Assembly (NCBI GenBank): GCA_964389465.1
Contig: CAYMDK010000004.1
Location: 15,034 to 79,033 of the forward strand
Direction: 5' to 3'
Origin: an uncultured archaeon
GTDB taxonomy: Archaea > Thermoplasmatota > Poseidoniia > MGIII > CG-Epi1
Length of the DNA: 64,000 nt
Shown here: piece by piece, positions 32,736-42,922 of the stretch
Layout: every line of letters starts with the position of its first letter
Numbering within the stretch: the stretch's first letter is position 1
Program-made: the position numbers and the translations under genes
The notes under the pieces: model-generated
Told to the model about the DNA's origin: nothing
Seen by the model: the letters and a program-made list of their open reading frames with translations, nothing else
Database searches by the model: none

Positions 32736-35654
32736 ATGGCGGGAACGGGCGGCCGGCGCTACGTTGTGCTGGCGGTAGTAATCATGCTGCTGGCGGCGCT
32801 TCCGTTCTCCCCGCTGGTGAGCTTCCAGTCGTCGCAGCACATTGACCCTGCCAGCGCTACCGATGACCCGCACTTGCCGACCCGCGACAGCGATAACGAC
32901 GGGATGCCCGACTGGTGGGAGCTGATGCATGGACTGGACCCGTTCGACGCCGCCGATGCCGGCTGGGATACCGACCACGACGGCTTTGACCTGAACCGCA
33001 ACGGCGTGCTCGAGAGCTTCGAGAACTTCACCAATCTGATGGAGTTCGAGATGGAGTTGCTGCTCGGCAACTCGACCGACCCCAATGACCCTGATTCAGA
33101 CCGGGACGGGATACCGGACGGCTGGGAGGCGCTCTACGGCCTCAATCCGCTTTTCGAGGGCGATGCGGAACTGGATTTTGACAACGATGGCCATGACTTC
33201 GACCGCGGCGGGAGCATCACTGACTCCGAAAAGTTCACCAACCTGGCCGAATTCCAGAACGGCACCAGTCCGTGGGAGCCCGACAGCGACGGTGATGGGA
33301 TGGGGGACGGCTGGGAAGCGTACTGGTTCCTCGATCCCATGAGCGGCGTCGACGCCTGGCAGGATGCCGACAATGACGGTTGGGACGGTGACTTTAACGG
33401 CGACCTTTCATTCGCCGAGTTCTACACCAACCTCGCCGAATACCTGAATGACACAGCCCCGCGTGATACTGACACCGACAACGACGAGATGCCCGACGGC
33501 TGGGAGGTCGTCTACGGCCTCGACCCGCTCTTTCCCGGCGACAACTGGGGTGACCTCGACGGCGACGGTCTCGCCAACATCTATGAGTACAATAACAGTC
33601 TGCTCGACACTGGCTGGCGCCGTGCCGATGAGATTGACACGACTCGCCCCGACCTGAACGACACCGACGCTGACGGTCTGGGTGACTTCGCCGAACTGAG
33701 CACCTGGCTGACCGATCCGACCCACAATGACACCGATTTCGACGGGATGCCGGACGGTTGGGAGGTGCAGTATGGCCTCAACCCGCGCGACCCGGCCGAC
33801 GCGCGCGGCGACCTCGACAATGACGGCCACGACTATGACCGCTCGCAGGCGGTCGAGCCGGACGAATTCTACACCAACCTGCAGGAATACCTGAACGGGA
33901 CCGACCCCACCAACCCCGACAACGACAATGACGGGATTCCGGACGGCTGGGAGGTGCAGTATGGCCTCGACCCGCTCGACCCGACCGACGCGGTGCTCGA
34001 CACGGACGGCGATGGCTGGGACTTCAACCGCAACGGCGAAGTCGCCGGTAACGAGACCTTCACCAGCCTCGAGGAGTACAGCAGCGATACGCGCCCCAAT
34101 TTGAACGACACCGACGGCGATGGGATGTGGGATGGCTGGGAGGTGTGGTTCGGCCTCAACCCGCTCGACCCGTTCGACGCTGGCGTGGACTACGACCAGG
34201 ATGGCCATGACGCCAACTGGAATGGTAGTCTCGAGGCGGACGAGCTACACACCAACCTGCTCGAGTTCATGGCTGACACCAATCCGTGGGTCGCGGACAC
34301 GGACGGCGACGGGATGCGGGACGGCTGGGAATACCAGCAAGGGCTGGACCCCAACAACCCACTCGACAGCCTGACTGACACCGACAATGACGGCGTTGTC
34401 AACCGGCTGGAATACAACAATTCCCTTGCCGGCAGTAACTACACCGAGGTGGACGGCATCCTCTCGACCATCCCGCTGCTCAACGATACCGACGGTGACG
34501 GGCTGCTCGACGGTGAGGAAATCTTCGAGTATTTCACCGACCCGACCTGGAACGATACTGACATGGACGGTATGCCGGACGGCTGGGAAGTCCGGTACGG
34601 CCTCGACCCTCTCTGGGAGGGCGACGCCTGGCTCGATGGCGATAATGATGGCTACGATGCCAACCTGAACCTGAGCCTTGAGCAAGGGGAGCTGTACACC
34701 AACCTCGAGGAGTACCTCAACTCCACCGACCCGACCAATGGCGACAGCGATTTCGACGGCATGGCCGATGGCTGGGAAGTTTACTGGGGCTTCGACCCAC
34801 TCAACAGCAGCGACGCCATGGAGGACCCCGACAACGACGGGCTGGTGAACCTGTACGAGTTCAACAATTCTCTCGTCGAAGGCTACGACGAGAACGTGAT
34901 TGCCGCCGACGCGATTCCCGGCAGCGACCCGCTGGGACGCGACACCGACGGTGACCTGATTGAGGACGGCGAGGAGGTAGTCGCCGGAGACGACGACTAT
35001 GTCACCGACCCGTCCAATCCCGATTCGGACGGTGACGGGATGCCGGACGGCTGGGAGATTTCCTACGGCCTCGACCCGTTCGACGCCAGCGACGCCGACG
35101 ATGACCCTGACGACGACGGCTGGGATTTCGACCGCAACGGCACGCGTGAACCGGAAGAGAAATTCACCAACCTCGAGGAGTACCTCAATGGCACCGACCC
35201 GTGGGAGGCCGACTCCGACGGCGACGGAATGCCCGACGGCTGGGAGGCGTGGTACGGGCTCGACCCGGGCGACGCGGCTGACGCACCGCTAGACCTTGAC
35301 GGCGACGGCTACGACGCCGACCGCAACGGCGAGCTGTCGCCCGAGGAGAAATTCACCAATCTCGAGGAGTTCCGCAACAACACTAACCCGGCGCTGCCCG
35401 ACAGCGACGGCGACAACTGCACCGACGGCTGGGAGGTTTACTGGGACGAGCACAAGCCGGCCAACGAGACGCGCGGCTTCGACCCGCTCGACGCCAGCGA
35501 CGGCGGCCTCGACTACGACGACGACGGCTGGGAGGACTGGGAGGGCAACTGGCACGACTTTCCCAACTGGCGCGAAGAGGAGGCGATGACCGACCCGTGG
35601 GACGCCGACTCGGACGACGACGGGATGAGCGACGGCTACGAGGCGGACAATTGA
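32736..35654 (+). CDS. Secreted thrombospondin-type-3 (TSP3) calcium-binding repeat protein, ~14 modules
   Basis: The N-terminal hydrophobic anchor or signal is YVVLAVVIMLLAALPFSPLV. Recurring ~60-aa modules follow, of the form D.D.DG[MI]PDGWE..YGL[DN]P.D..DA..D.D.DG.D..RNG......FTNL.EY.NGT.P. Confidence 0.85.
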   Translation: MAGTGGRRYVVLAVVIMLLAALPFSPLVSFQSSQHIDPASATDDPHLPTRDSDNDGMPDWWELMHGLDPFDAADAGWDTDHDGFDLNRNGVLESFENFTNLMEFEMELLLGNSTDPNDPDSDRDGIPDGWEALYGLNPLFEGDAELDFDNDGHDFDRGGSITDSEKFTNLAEFQNGTSPWEPDSDGDGMGDGWEAYWFLDPMSGVDAWQDADNDGWDGDFNGDLSFAEFYTNLAEYLNDTAPRDTDTDNDEMPDGWEVVYGLDPLFPGDNWGDLDGDGLANIYEYNNSLLDTGWRRADEIDTTRPDLNDTDADGLGDFAELSTWLTDPTHNDTDFDGMPDGWEVQYGLNPRDPADARGDLDNDGHDYDRSQAVEPDEFYTNLQEYLNGTDPTNPDNDNDGIPDGWEVQYGLDPLDPTDAVLDTDGDGWDFNRNGEVAGNETFTSLEEYSSDTRPNLNDTDGDGMWDGWEVWFGLNPLDPFDAGVDYDQDGHDANWNGSLEADELHTNLLEFMADTNPWVADTDGDGMRDGWEYQQGLDPNNPLDSLTDTDNDGVVNRLEYNNSLAGSNYTEVDGILSTIPLLNDTDGDGLLDGEEIFEYFTDPTWNDTDMDGMPDGWEVRYGLDPLWEGDAWLDGDNDGYDANLNLSLEQGELYTNLEEYLNSTDPTNGDSDFDGMADGWEVYWGFDPLNSSDAMEDPDNDGLVNLYEFNNSLVEGYDENVIAADAIPGSDPLGRDTDGDLIEDGEEVVAGDDDYVTDPSNPDSDGDGMPDGWEISYGLDPFDASDADDDPDDDGWDFDRNGTREPEEKFTNLEEYLNGTDPWEADSDGDGMPDGWEAWYGLDPGDAADAPLDLDGDGYDADRNGELSPEEKFTNLEEFRNNTNPALPDSDGDNCTDGWEVYWDEHKPANETRGFDPLDASDGGLDYDDDGWEDWEGNWHDFPNWREEEAMTDPWDADSDDDGMSDGYEADN
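32884..35651 (+). repeat. In-frame tandem array of TSP3-like modules (period ~170-200 nt)
   Basis: GWE-containing cores occur near 32900, 33105, 33300, 33490, 33745, 33935, 34125, 34315, 34570, 34765, 35040, 35230, 35415 and 35625. Segments 33750-33803 and 33939-33992 differ at only 4 of 54 nt. Confidence 0.8.
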
Positions 35655-35719
35655 CGCGCAGCCCGGCCCAAAACCTATATGTAGCAAAACCTCCCGTCGG
35701 AACGCGCAGGTGCGCGTAA

Positions 35720-38700
35720 ATGGAGAGGCAGAAGTGGCTGAGTTTGCTGGTCGCGCTGGTGATGCTGCTCACGCCACTGGCGGCGCTGCCGGTTTTCGGC
35801 TCTAACCCGAATGACCCGGACGGCGACGAGGACGACGACAGCGACGGCTACGACGCCGACCGCGACGGCGAAATCTCGGCCGAGGAGATGTATACCAACC
35901 TCGAGGAATACAATAACAATACCAACCCCAACGACCCCGACACCGACGGCGGCGGCGCGTGGGACGGCTGGGAAATCTACTACGGCTTCAACCCGCGCAA
36001 CGTCACCGACGACGGCGCCGACCCTGATAGTGACGAGCTCTCCAACTACTGGGAGTTCGCATGGGACACCGACCCCTTCACCGCCGATAGTGACCAGGAC
36101 GGGATGCCCGACGGCTGGGAGCATTATTACTCGGTGAAGAACGACCAGTGCGGCCTCGACCCCTCCGACTTCAGCGACCAGCACGCTGACCCCGACAACG
36201 ACGGCTCGGACAACCTGCGCGAGTACAACGAAAACACAGACCCGTGCGACGAGGACAGCGATGACGACGGCGACCCGGACGGCGAGGACCCGCCGCCCAT
36301 CGAGCCGGGCGAGCCGCCCGGCACCAGGCCCGATACCGGGCGGACCGACGGCAACGTCACGATTTACGAAATCTTCGACCCGGCGCTGATGACGCTCAAG
36401 CGCTGGTCGGCGCAGGACGCGCTATACTACGACAGCTCGAGCACTGACCCTTACACCATGTATATCTATGATACTTCAAAAGTCGAAATCTTCCCCACCG
36501 GCTCGACCGATTACACGCACATCTTCGAGGGGTGGCTCTGGATGGGTGTGATTGTCTCGGCCGAGGTCTACACGCCGATTCCCTCGGTCTCGCCCGACGC
36601 CGACATTATCGACTACGACGCCAACCAGACCGGCCTCGAAATCTACTTCTACAAGGATGGCGCTGACAACTACTACATCCGCGGCAGCGAGGGCGCAAGC
36701 ATCGACCTGCGCTACCGCATGGGAACCAACGGTTCCTACTTCAACCGGCCCGTGGACGACACGCTCACCACCGCAGACCTGCCCCCGGAGGCGATTCGCC
36801 CCATCACCGGGCAGTCCGAGGTCGAGGAGAAGGTGAAGCAGTTCCTGCAATTGGAGAACGGGACCGAGCCGGCCAACCCGCCGCTCTACTGGCTCTGGCC
36901 CGAGAACGGCACGATGGAGACCAACCTCGAGAAGCTCGTCACCAACCTCACCTGGTATTTCTCCAACTTCCGCGAGGGTGACGGCGACGTCCCCGACCCC
37001 GAGCCGCCCTACGACATCTACCAGTCCATCTGTATCAACGGCATCGGCGCCTGCCGCCACCGCTCGTTCGGCTTTTTCGTCACCGCCAACGTGCTCGGTT
37101 TGCCGACGCGTTACGTCTCGAACGAGGCGCACGCCTTCGTCGAGGTCTACGTCCCCGTGAACAACCAGACCTACTCTGACAGCCACTGGAAGCGCATCAA
37201 CCTCGGCGGCACCGGCTCGAGCACCACCCTCGACCGCCCCGACGATGATGAAGGGGGTGACGAGTTTGATTTCGACGAGTTCGACCCCGATGATATCGAG
37301 AACATGACTGGCGAACAGGTCACCGTCGTGCTCGAGGGCGTGAGCCCCGCCGCGGCCGACAAGGGCGACGAGTTCCGCCTCTGGGGCTACGTCGAGGACC
37401 GCAACGGCACTCGCATTCCTGATTTCCTTGTCGGTGGCGGGATGTGGGACGACGGCCATGACGAATCCTCGTTCGAGATTGGCACCGGAGTTACCAACGC
37501 TACCGGCGTCTTCGACTTCAACGCCTCCGGCTTCCTCGCGGCACTGCCGGGGTGGAACGAAATCTACGCCGCCGCTTACATGGCGGGATTCAGGGGCTAC
37601 GACGGGCCCGAGGATATCGAGGTCTCGACCGCGACCGTGCTCACCGTTGACGCGCCCGCCTCGGTCGGGAAGGGGCAGGAGCTGATAGTTACCGGCAGCT
37701 TGCTCGATATCGGCGATGTCGCCGCGCCCGAGGAGATGCTCGACATCTGGCTCTGGGAGGGCAACAACGAACCGTGGTGGACCAACTGCCAGAATTCCGG
37801 GTGGCGCTACCGCTGCGACATCGGCGACGTGACCACCGACGAGTTCGGCAACTTCGCCTTCACCTGGACCGTCCCGGAGAACGGCGAGCCGGCGTCCGCC
37901 AACAACTACCACGTTGAGGTCACCTTTGGTGGCTCGACCTACCGCTACGCGACGCAGGAGACGGTTAACCTGCGCATCCTCGAATCGTCGGTCGACCTCG
38001 AGGCGTGGCTCGATCCCGACAACGTCACGGTCAGCCATGACTTCTTCGTCAATGGCACTATCATGCAGGGCGCGGTGGGCGAGGGGAGCATCTCCGTCGA
38101 ACTCGACGGCAAGGTCATCGCCTCGGCCGCGGTCAGTGACACAGACTGGTCGTTCGAGGTCGTGGCACCGCTGGACCTCCCGGCCGGCGACTACACCGTG
38201 CTGGTAATTTTCTACCCCGACGACCCCGACAATTCGACACTACCCGAGGAGCGCGTCTCGTTGACGCTGACGCTGCTCGGGACGAGCAGCGTCTCACTCG
38301 ACGCACTGCCAGACGCGATTCGCAACGGTCCCGTAATGCTCGAGGGGCGGTTGGTTGACCACCTCGGCGAGCCGCTGGCGGACGAGGCCGTCGCCCTGTC
38401 GTGGGATGGCGGATTGGTCGGCAGCGCCACCACCGAAGCTGACGGCGATTTCGAGCTGGAAATCCAGCTGCCGATTACGCACGCGCTGGGGCTGACAGCG
38501 TGGGAAGCTAGCTTCGACGGCAGTGCGCTGCACTCTGGTTCCACCGCTTCGACCGAGACGACCGTGCTACAGCAGACCGTCCTCGAGCTGGCGGTTTCGG
38601 GCCGCCACTTCTACCCCGGTGACAGCGTACAGGTCGACGGCAGCCTCGCGATGGACAATGGCACTCCGCTCGCCGGCAGCCTCAACCTGCTGCTCGACGG

Positions 38701-41629
38701 CGTCTTCGTGCGCGTCGAAGTGGCCGACGGCGTTTTCTCTTTCTCGTACGTGCCCGACACATCCTACCTTGCGGTCGGCGCGCACATTTTCGAGCTGGAT
38801 TACGGCCGCGACGGGACCAACGCCGCAGCCTCCAATTCGACGACGCTCTGGCTCCACCGCACGGTGCTCCTCGAACTGGAGGGGCAGGAAATACGGCGCG
38901 GCGAAAGCATTACGCTGGAGGGCGACGCGCGCGACAGCGGCTCGCTTCCGGTCGCCGGCATCGAAATCAGTTTTGACTGGCCCGACGCGCCCAACCAGCC
39001 GCCCTCGGCGACCACCGGCGCTAGTGGAGACTACGAGAGCGACTTCACGGTGCCCAATGCGCAGCTGCTCGGCGAGGTCGAGGTGCGCGCGCTCTTCGAC
39101 AACGCGACCGCACCTTACTACGACTCGGCTGAAACCGCAGCGCAGTTCACCGTCGTGAGCGATATGCTCATCACGCTCGAGCAGCAGCAGCTGGTGCGCG
39201 GCGAGCAAGTCTGGTTCAACGGCACGCTCTACGATGACCGCGGTGAGCCGGTCGAGGACCTGGCGCTGAACCTGTTCTGGAATGAGGATTACCTGACCAA
39301 TTTCGAGGGCGACGCCAACGGCAGCTTCGCGATTGCGTGCGACCCCGCATGGCCTTGCGGGGACGCGGAGCACCCGGTCGGCGAGGTCGCGGTACGGCTC
39401 TCCTTCGACGGCTTCGGCTGGTATATGCCGGCCGAGCTGGAGCAGTCATGGCCGCTCTGGGGTCGCGCGATTACGACACTCGAAACATTCTCGCCGGTGG
39501 TCGTGGCTGGCAGCAACGTCACCTACTCCGGGACGGTGCGCAGCGACCTCGACGAACCGCTCGACCGCACGCTTGCGGTACTCTGGAACGGGATTACGCG
39601 CACAACCGTCGAGGCGGTGAACGGCGAGTTCAGCGGCAGCTTCGCGCTGTCTACCGACGCGCCGGTCGGCAACTTTACGCTGACGCTCGCGACCAGCGAC
39701 CAGAACTGGCTGCGCGGCACTTCCGACTCGGGCACGGTCACGGTGCAGCGCTACACGACCATCGAGCTGGTTTGGGAGCAGGGCTTCCGCAACGCGACTA
39801 CGGCGGTCACCGGCTGGCTGCGCGACTCCTCCGGCGCGGGGCTGCCGGGCGAGGAGCTGGCGTGGAGTTTTGACGAGGCGCCGGCCGGCACCACGCTCTC
39901 GGTCGAATTCGGCGCGCTACCCTTCAGCTTCAATGTCCCTGAAGCGACGACGCTCGGCCCGCACACTTTCAGCGCCAGTTTCGCTGGCAGCTACTTCTAC
40001 CTTCCCTCGACCGGAGCCGTAACCGGCGACATCGTCGCCGCGACCAGCTTCGCGCTTGAGCCGCTTGAAGTGCAGCGCGTGCTCGAATTCACTCTGGAGG
40101 CGACGCTGCTCGACGACCTCGGCGCTCCGCTCGGGGGCGAAATGGTGACGCTCACGCTGCGCGGCAACCCGCACGAGCTGATGACGGCGGGCGACGGCAC
40201 GGTCTCGATTGACCTGACGCTGCCGGCATCGCAGTCACTCGGCCCGCTGACGGCGACCTGGAATTTTGGCGGCCGCGACTACTACCTCTCCGGCAGCACG
40301 CCGCATTCGCTTACCGTCATCAGCCCGACGCAGCTGACGCTGTCGGCGGGTGACGCGGTGCTGGTGGGCGAGAGCTTCCACGTCAGCGGCGGACTCACCG
40401 ACGACCTCGGCGCGGCGCTGCAGGGCGACATCGAGTTCTATCTCGGCGGCCTGCCGGTGGCGACGCTCGCGACCGGAAGCGACGGTTCCTACAGTTATGA
40501 CTTTGCGGTCCCGACCGACCTGCTGGCAGGGCAGAACACGCTGACGGTGCAGTTCGCCGGCAGCGGCTGGTTCCTCCCCTCTTCGGCTTCGCAGCAGGTG
40601 CAGGTCTACCACACCACGCACCTGACGGTCGCGCCAGCCGAGGGCGTCCTGAACCTGACGACCTTCATCGAGGGCAGCATTGTTGACCGTGCCGGTCGGC
40701 CGGTGCCGGGACTCATCCTGCGCGCGGCGCTGCCGGACGGCACCGAGGGTGCCGCAATTTCCGACGCGGAGGGCAACTTCGCGATTCCGCTCGCGCTGCC
40801 GTTCTCGCTCGGAGTCGGCGATTACAACGTCACCGTCACCTTCGCCGGCAGCCAGGATTACTACGGCAACTCGACCGTCGCTTCGCTACGCGCGAAGGCG
40901 GGAACGCTGACGGAACTGGACGTCCCCGCCTCGCTCGAGTCGGGCCAGCAATTCAGCGGGCTGATTATACTGACTCTCGAGGATGGCACGCCGCTCGCCA
41001 ACGCACCGCTGCTGGTTAGCCTCGAGCCGTCGGGGATGACGCTACTCGCGGTCACCGACGCCAACGGCACCGCGCGCTTCAGCGCCGAATTCGACGGCAA
41101 CGCCACCCAGCCATTCTTCGTGCGGGTGACCTATCAGGGCGACGAATTCCACCTCAGCAACTCGGCCGAGGCGGCCATCACCTGGCGCGCGCCGCCCGAG
41201 GTCCCGAACTACCTGCTCTGGCTGCTGGTTGCGCTGGGGGTCGCCGCCGCGGGTGGGACCGCCTACGGCTGGCACTGGTATGCGACGCGCCACATCCGCG
41301 CCATCCGCAAGGTGCTTACGACCACCGCCGAGGCGCTCGAGGCCAACGCCGACTACCGTGAGGCGATTATCAGCTCATACCGCGAGATGTCGCGCGTCCT
41401 GCAGGGGCACGGCTACCTGCGGCGCAACTTCGAGACCGTGCGCGAGTTCCGCGACGCGCTGCGCGAGGCGGTCCCGCTGGACCACGCCTCCATCGAGCGG
41501 CTGACGTCGCTCTACGAGGCGGCCGATTACTCGACGACTGACCAGCATGGTGATGACCGCACGGCGGCCATCGGCTCATTGCGGGCGGTCCTCGAGAGCC
41601 TTGAAACGCTGATGCAGGACGCAAGCTGA
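35720..41629 (+). CDS. Giant surface protein: signal - TSP3 repeats - transglutaminase-like core - ~13 Ig-like repeats - TM - DUF4129
   Basis: The signal is LLVALVMLLTPLAALPVFG. TSP3 motifs include DGMPDGWEHYY. The TGase core is GIGACRHRSFGFFVTANVLGLPTRYVSNEAHAFVEVYV. Roughly 100-aa repeats are of the type DGxFxFxxxxPxxxxxGxYxVxVxFxG. The TM helix is LLWLLVALGVAAAGGTAYGWHWY. The DUF4129-like tail is YREAIISSYREMSRVL..FETVREF..LTSLYEAADYS. Confidence 0.85.
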   Translation: MERQKWLSLLVALVMLLTPLAALPVFGSNPNDPDGDEDDDSDGYDADRDGEISAEEMYTNLEEYNNNTNPNDPDTDGGGAWDGWEIYYGFNPRNVTDDGADPDSDELSNYWEFAWDTDPFTADSDQDGMPDGWEHYYSVKNDQCGLDPSDFSDQHADPDNDGSDNLREYNENTDPCDEDSDDDGDPDGEDPPPIEPGEPPGTRPDTGRTDGNVTIYEIFDPALMTLKRWSAQDALYYDSSSTDPYTMYIYDTSKVEIFPTGSTDYTHIFEGWLWMGVIVSAEVYTPIPSVSPDADIIDYDANQTGLEIYFYKDGADNYYIRGSEGASIDLRYRMGTNGSYFNRPVDDTLTTADLPPEAIRPITGQSEVEEKVKQFLQLENGTEPANPPLYWLWPENGTMETNLEKLVTNLTWYFSNFREGDGDVPDPEPPYDIYQSICINGIGACRHRSFGFFVTANVLGLPTRYVSNEAHAFVEVYVPVNNQTYSDSHWKRINLGGTGSSTTLDRPDDDEGGDEFDFDEFDPDDIENMTGEQVTVVLEGVSPAAADKGDEFRLWGYVEDRNGTRIPDFLVGGGMWDDGHDESSFEIGTGVTNATGVFDFNASGFLAALPGWNEIYAAAYMAGFRGYDGPEDIEVSTATVLTVDAPASVGKGQELIVTGSLLDIGDVAAPEEMLDIWLWEGNNEPWWTNCQNSGWRYRCDIGDVTTDEFGNFAFTWTVPENGEPASANNYHVEVTFGGSTYRYATQETVNLRILESSVDLEAWLDPDNVTVSHDFFVNGTIMQGAVGEGSISVELDGKVIASAAVSDTDWSFEVVAPLDLPAGDYTVLVIFYPDDPDNSTLPEERVSLTLTLLGTSSVSLDALPDAIRNGPVMLEGRLVDHLGEPLADEAVALSWDGGLVGSATTEADGDFELEIQLPITHALGLTAWEASFDGSALHSGSTASTETTVLQQTVLELAVSGRHFYPGDSVQVDGSLAMDNGTPLAGSLNLLLDGVFVRVEVADGVFSFSYVPDTSYLAVGAHIFELDYGRDGTNAAASNSTTLWLHRTVLLELEGQEIRRGESITLEGDARDSGSLPVAGIEISFDWPDAPNQPPSATTGASGDYESDFTVPNAQLLGEVEVRALFDNATAPYYDSAETAAQFTVVSDMLITLEQQQLVRGEQVWFNGTLYDDRGEPVEDLALNLFWNEDYLTNFEGDANGSFAIACDPAWPCGDAEHPVGEVAVRLSFDGFGWYMPAELEQSWPLWGRAITTLETFSPVVVAGSNVTYSGTVRSDLDEPLDRTLAVLWNGITRTTVEAVNGEFSGSFALSTDAPVGNFTLTLATSDQNWLRGTSDSGTVTVQRYTTIELVWEQGFRNATTAVTGWLRDSSGAGLPGEELAWSFDEAPAGTTLSVEFGALPFSFNVPEATTLGPHTFSASFAGSYFYLPSTGAVTGDIVAATSFALEPLEVQRVLEFTLEATLLDDLGAPLGGEMVTLTLRGNPHELMTAGDGTVSIDLTLPASQSLGPLTATWNFGGRDYYLSGSTPHSLTVISPTQLTLSAGDAVLVGESFHVSGGLTDDLGAALQGDIEFYLGGLPVATLATGSDGSYSYDFAVPTDLLAGQNTLTVQFAGSGWFLPSSASQQVQVYHTTHLTVAPAEGVLNLTTFIEGSIVDRAGRPVPGLILRAALPDGTEGAAISDAEGNFAIPLALPFSLGVGDYNVTVTFAGSQDYYGNSTVASLRAKAGTLTELDVPASLESGQQFSGLIILTLEDGTPLANAPLLVSLEPSGMTLLAVTDANGTARFSAEFDGNATQPFFVRVTYQGDEFHLSNSAEAAITWRAPPEVPNYLLWLLVALGVAAAGGTAYGWHWYATRHIRAIRKVLTTTAEALEANADYREAIISSYREMSRVLQGHGYLRRNFETVREFRDALREAVPLDHASIERLTSLYEAADYSTTDQHGDDRTAAIGSLRAVLESLETLMQDAS
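37315..41190 (+). repeat. ~13 tandem, divergent Ig-like/beta-sandwich repeats (protein level) in the TGase protein
   Basis: Recurring strands include TDEFGNFAFTWTVPE, EADGDFELEIQLP, ADGVFSFSYVPD, GASGDYESDFTVPN, GSDGSYSYDFAVPT, DAEGNFAIPLALP and DANGTARFSAEF. Each is followed by a ..V.F.G...Y..S.. strand. Confidence 0.7.
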
Positions 41630-41632
41630 AGC

Positions 41633-42922
41633 ATGCGCCTCTCCAGCCGGGCTGGACTCGCCATCCTGCTGGTGACAGTCCTGCTCTGCAGTTTCCTGCT
41701 CTTTCCGCTGTTCCAGGGCGTCGTTTCGCGTCCGCCGCAGCTCTCGGCCTATGGTGACGACTGGAATGACGTCTCGCTCTTTCGCGAATCGCTCGAGGAG
41801 GAGGGCTACGAAGTCACCGCCATCCTCTCCAACCCGGCGGTCATCAACGACATCACCGTCCACGACCAGACGCTGGTAATCATCACTGGCACCGAGTCGC
41901 CATATTCGGCGCTCGAGGTCGAGGTGCTCGCCAGCTACCTCGAGCAGGGTGGACGGGTGCTGGTGCTGGGCGATTTCGACTTTTCCAACTCGATAGCGGA
42001 CCTCTTCACCGCCAGCTACACCGGTCACCGGCTCTGGGACCAGAATTACCAGGGCAACGTCTCGATGGTCGAGGTACGCGCTTCGCTCGGCGGCGGCAGC
42101 TACACGCTGCTGCTCAACGAGCCGACCGCACTGCGGACGCGGCAGCCGGTCACCACCCCGCTCTGGGGCGCCGGAGTCGAGCTGACCGAGAGTGTGATCA
42201 TCTCCAGTTCGTCCAATTCGTATATCGACCTCGATGATGACGGTGTCATCACCCCCGAGGACGACGTCGCGGGGCCGGCCGGTTTCCCGGTCGGAGTCTG
42301 GTGCGGGCTGCGTATGGAGGGCGAAGAGCTGGGGCAGGCGGTCTTCATCGGCGACTCGTCACTCGCGATTAACCGCATGTGGGAGCGCGAGGACAACGCT
42401 GAGTTCATGCTCGACCTGGTGGCGGAGATGCTGCCCGACGGGGGGACTGTGCTCTTCGACGAGTCGCGCCACACGCAGGACACCTTCGGCGCGAGCCTGT
42501 TCCAGGCAGCAATTGGCTTCTATTTCCTGCTCTCGGGGCAGACGCTGATAATCCAGGCCATCCGGCTCAACGTGCTTGTTGTCGTCATCCTGGCGACGCT
42601 GATGGTCGCGCTGCGGCAGCCGGAGCCGATTCGATGGCGCCATCTATTCGACATCCACCGGCCGCGACCGTGGCGCGGGCTGGGGAATCCCTCCATCGCG
42701 CAGCTGCAGCAGTTGCTGCTCGAGCGGATGCGGTTGCGGCACCAGCTTTACGAGCTCGATGACCTCGCTCCTGAGGAGCGGCTGGCGCTGGTGCCGGAAC
42801 TGGTCAAGCGTTATAACATCCTGCTGGATGCCGGGCTTAGTGCGCTCCTGTTCCGGCCCGATTCGGTAAAGGAGGAGGACATCCGCGTGCTGGCGCAGAA
42901 GATAGAGGCGTGGTCAACGTGA
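41633..42922 (+). CDS. DUF4350-like membrane-anchored protein (MoxR-cluster component)
   Basis: The N-terminal TM helix is LAILLVTVLLCSFLLFPLF. A GldG/DUF4350-like flavodoxin-type segment follows (LVIITGTESPYSALEVEVLASYLEQGGRVLVLGD, VLFDESRH), then a late TM. The gene starts 3 nt after the upstream stop. Confidence 0.6.
   Translation: MRLSSRAGLAILLVTVLLCSFLLFPLFQGVVSRPPQLSAYGDDWNDVSLFRESLEEEGYEVTAILSNPAVINDITVHDQTLVIITGTESPYSALEVEVLASYLEQGGRVLVLGDFDFSNSIADLFTASYTGHRLWDQNYQGNVSMVEVRASLGGGSYTLLLNEPTALRTRQPVTTPLWGAGVELTESVIISSSSNSYIDLDDDGVITPEDDVAGPAGFPVGVWCGLRMEGEELGQAVFIGDSSLAINRMWEREDNAEFMLDLVAEMLPDGGTVLFDESRHTQDTFGASLFQAAIGFYFLLSGQTLIIQAIRLNVLVVVILATLMVALRQPEPIRWRHLFDIHRPRPWRGLGNPSIAQLQQLLLERMRLRHQLYELDDLAPEERLALVPELVKRYNILLDAGLSALLFRPDSVKEEDIRVLAQKIEAWST

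Noticed and set aside
32884-36290. Periodic DNA repeats that might have been a CRISPR array or satellite
   Set aside because: The period (~170-200 nt) and the in-frame conservation of DxDxDG/GWE codons show these are coding TSP3 modules. There is no short identical direct repeat with unique spacers anywhere in the window.
36476-38038. 520-aa minus-strand ORF inside the transglutaminase gene
   Set aside because: It is antisense to a frame with signal peptide, TSP3, TGase and Ig-repeat features. Its composition is typical of the reverse frame of GC-rich coding DNA.
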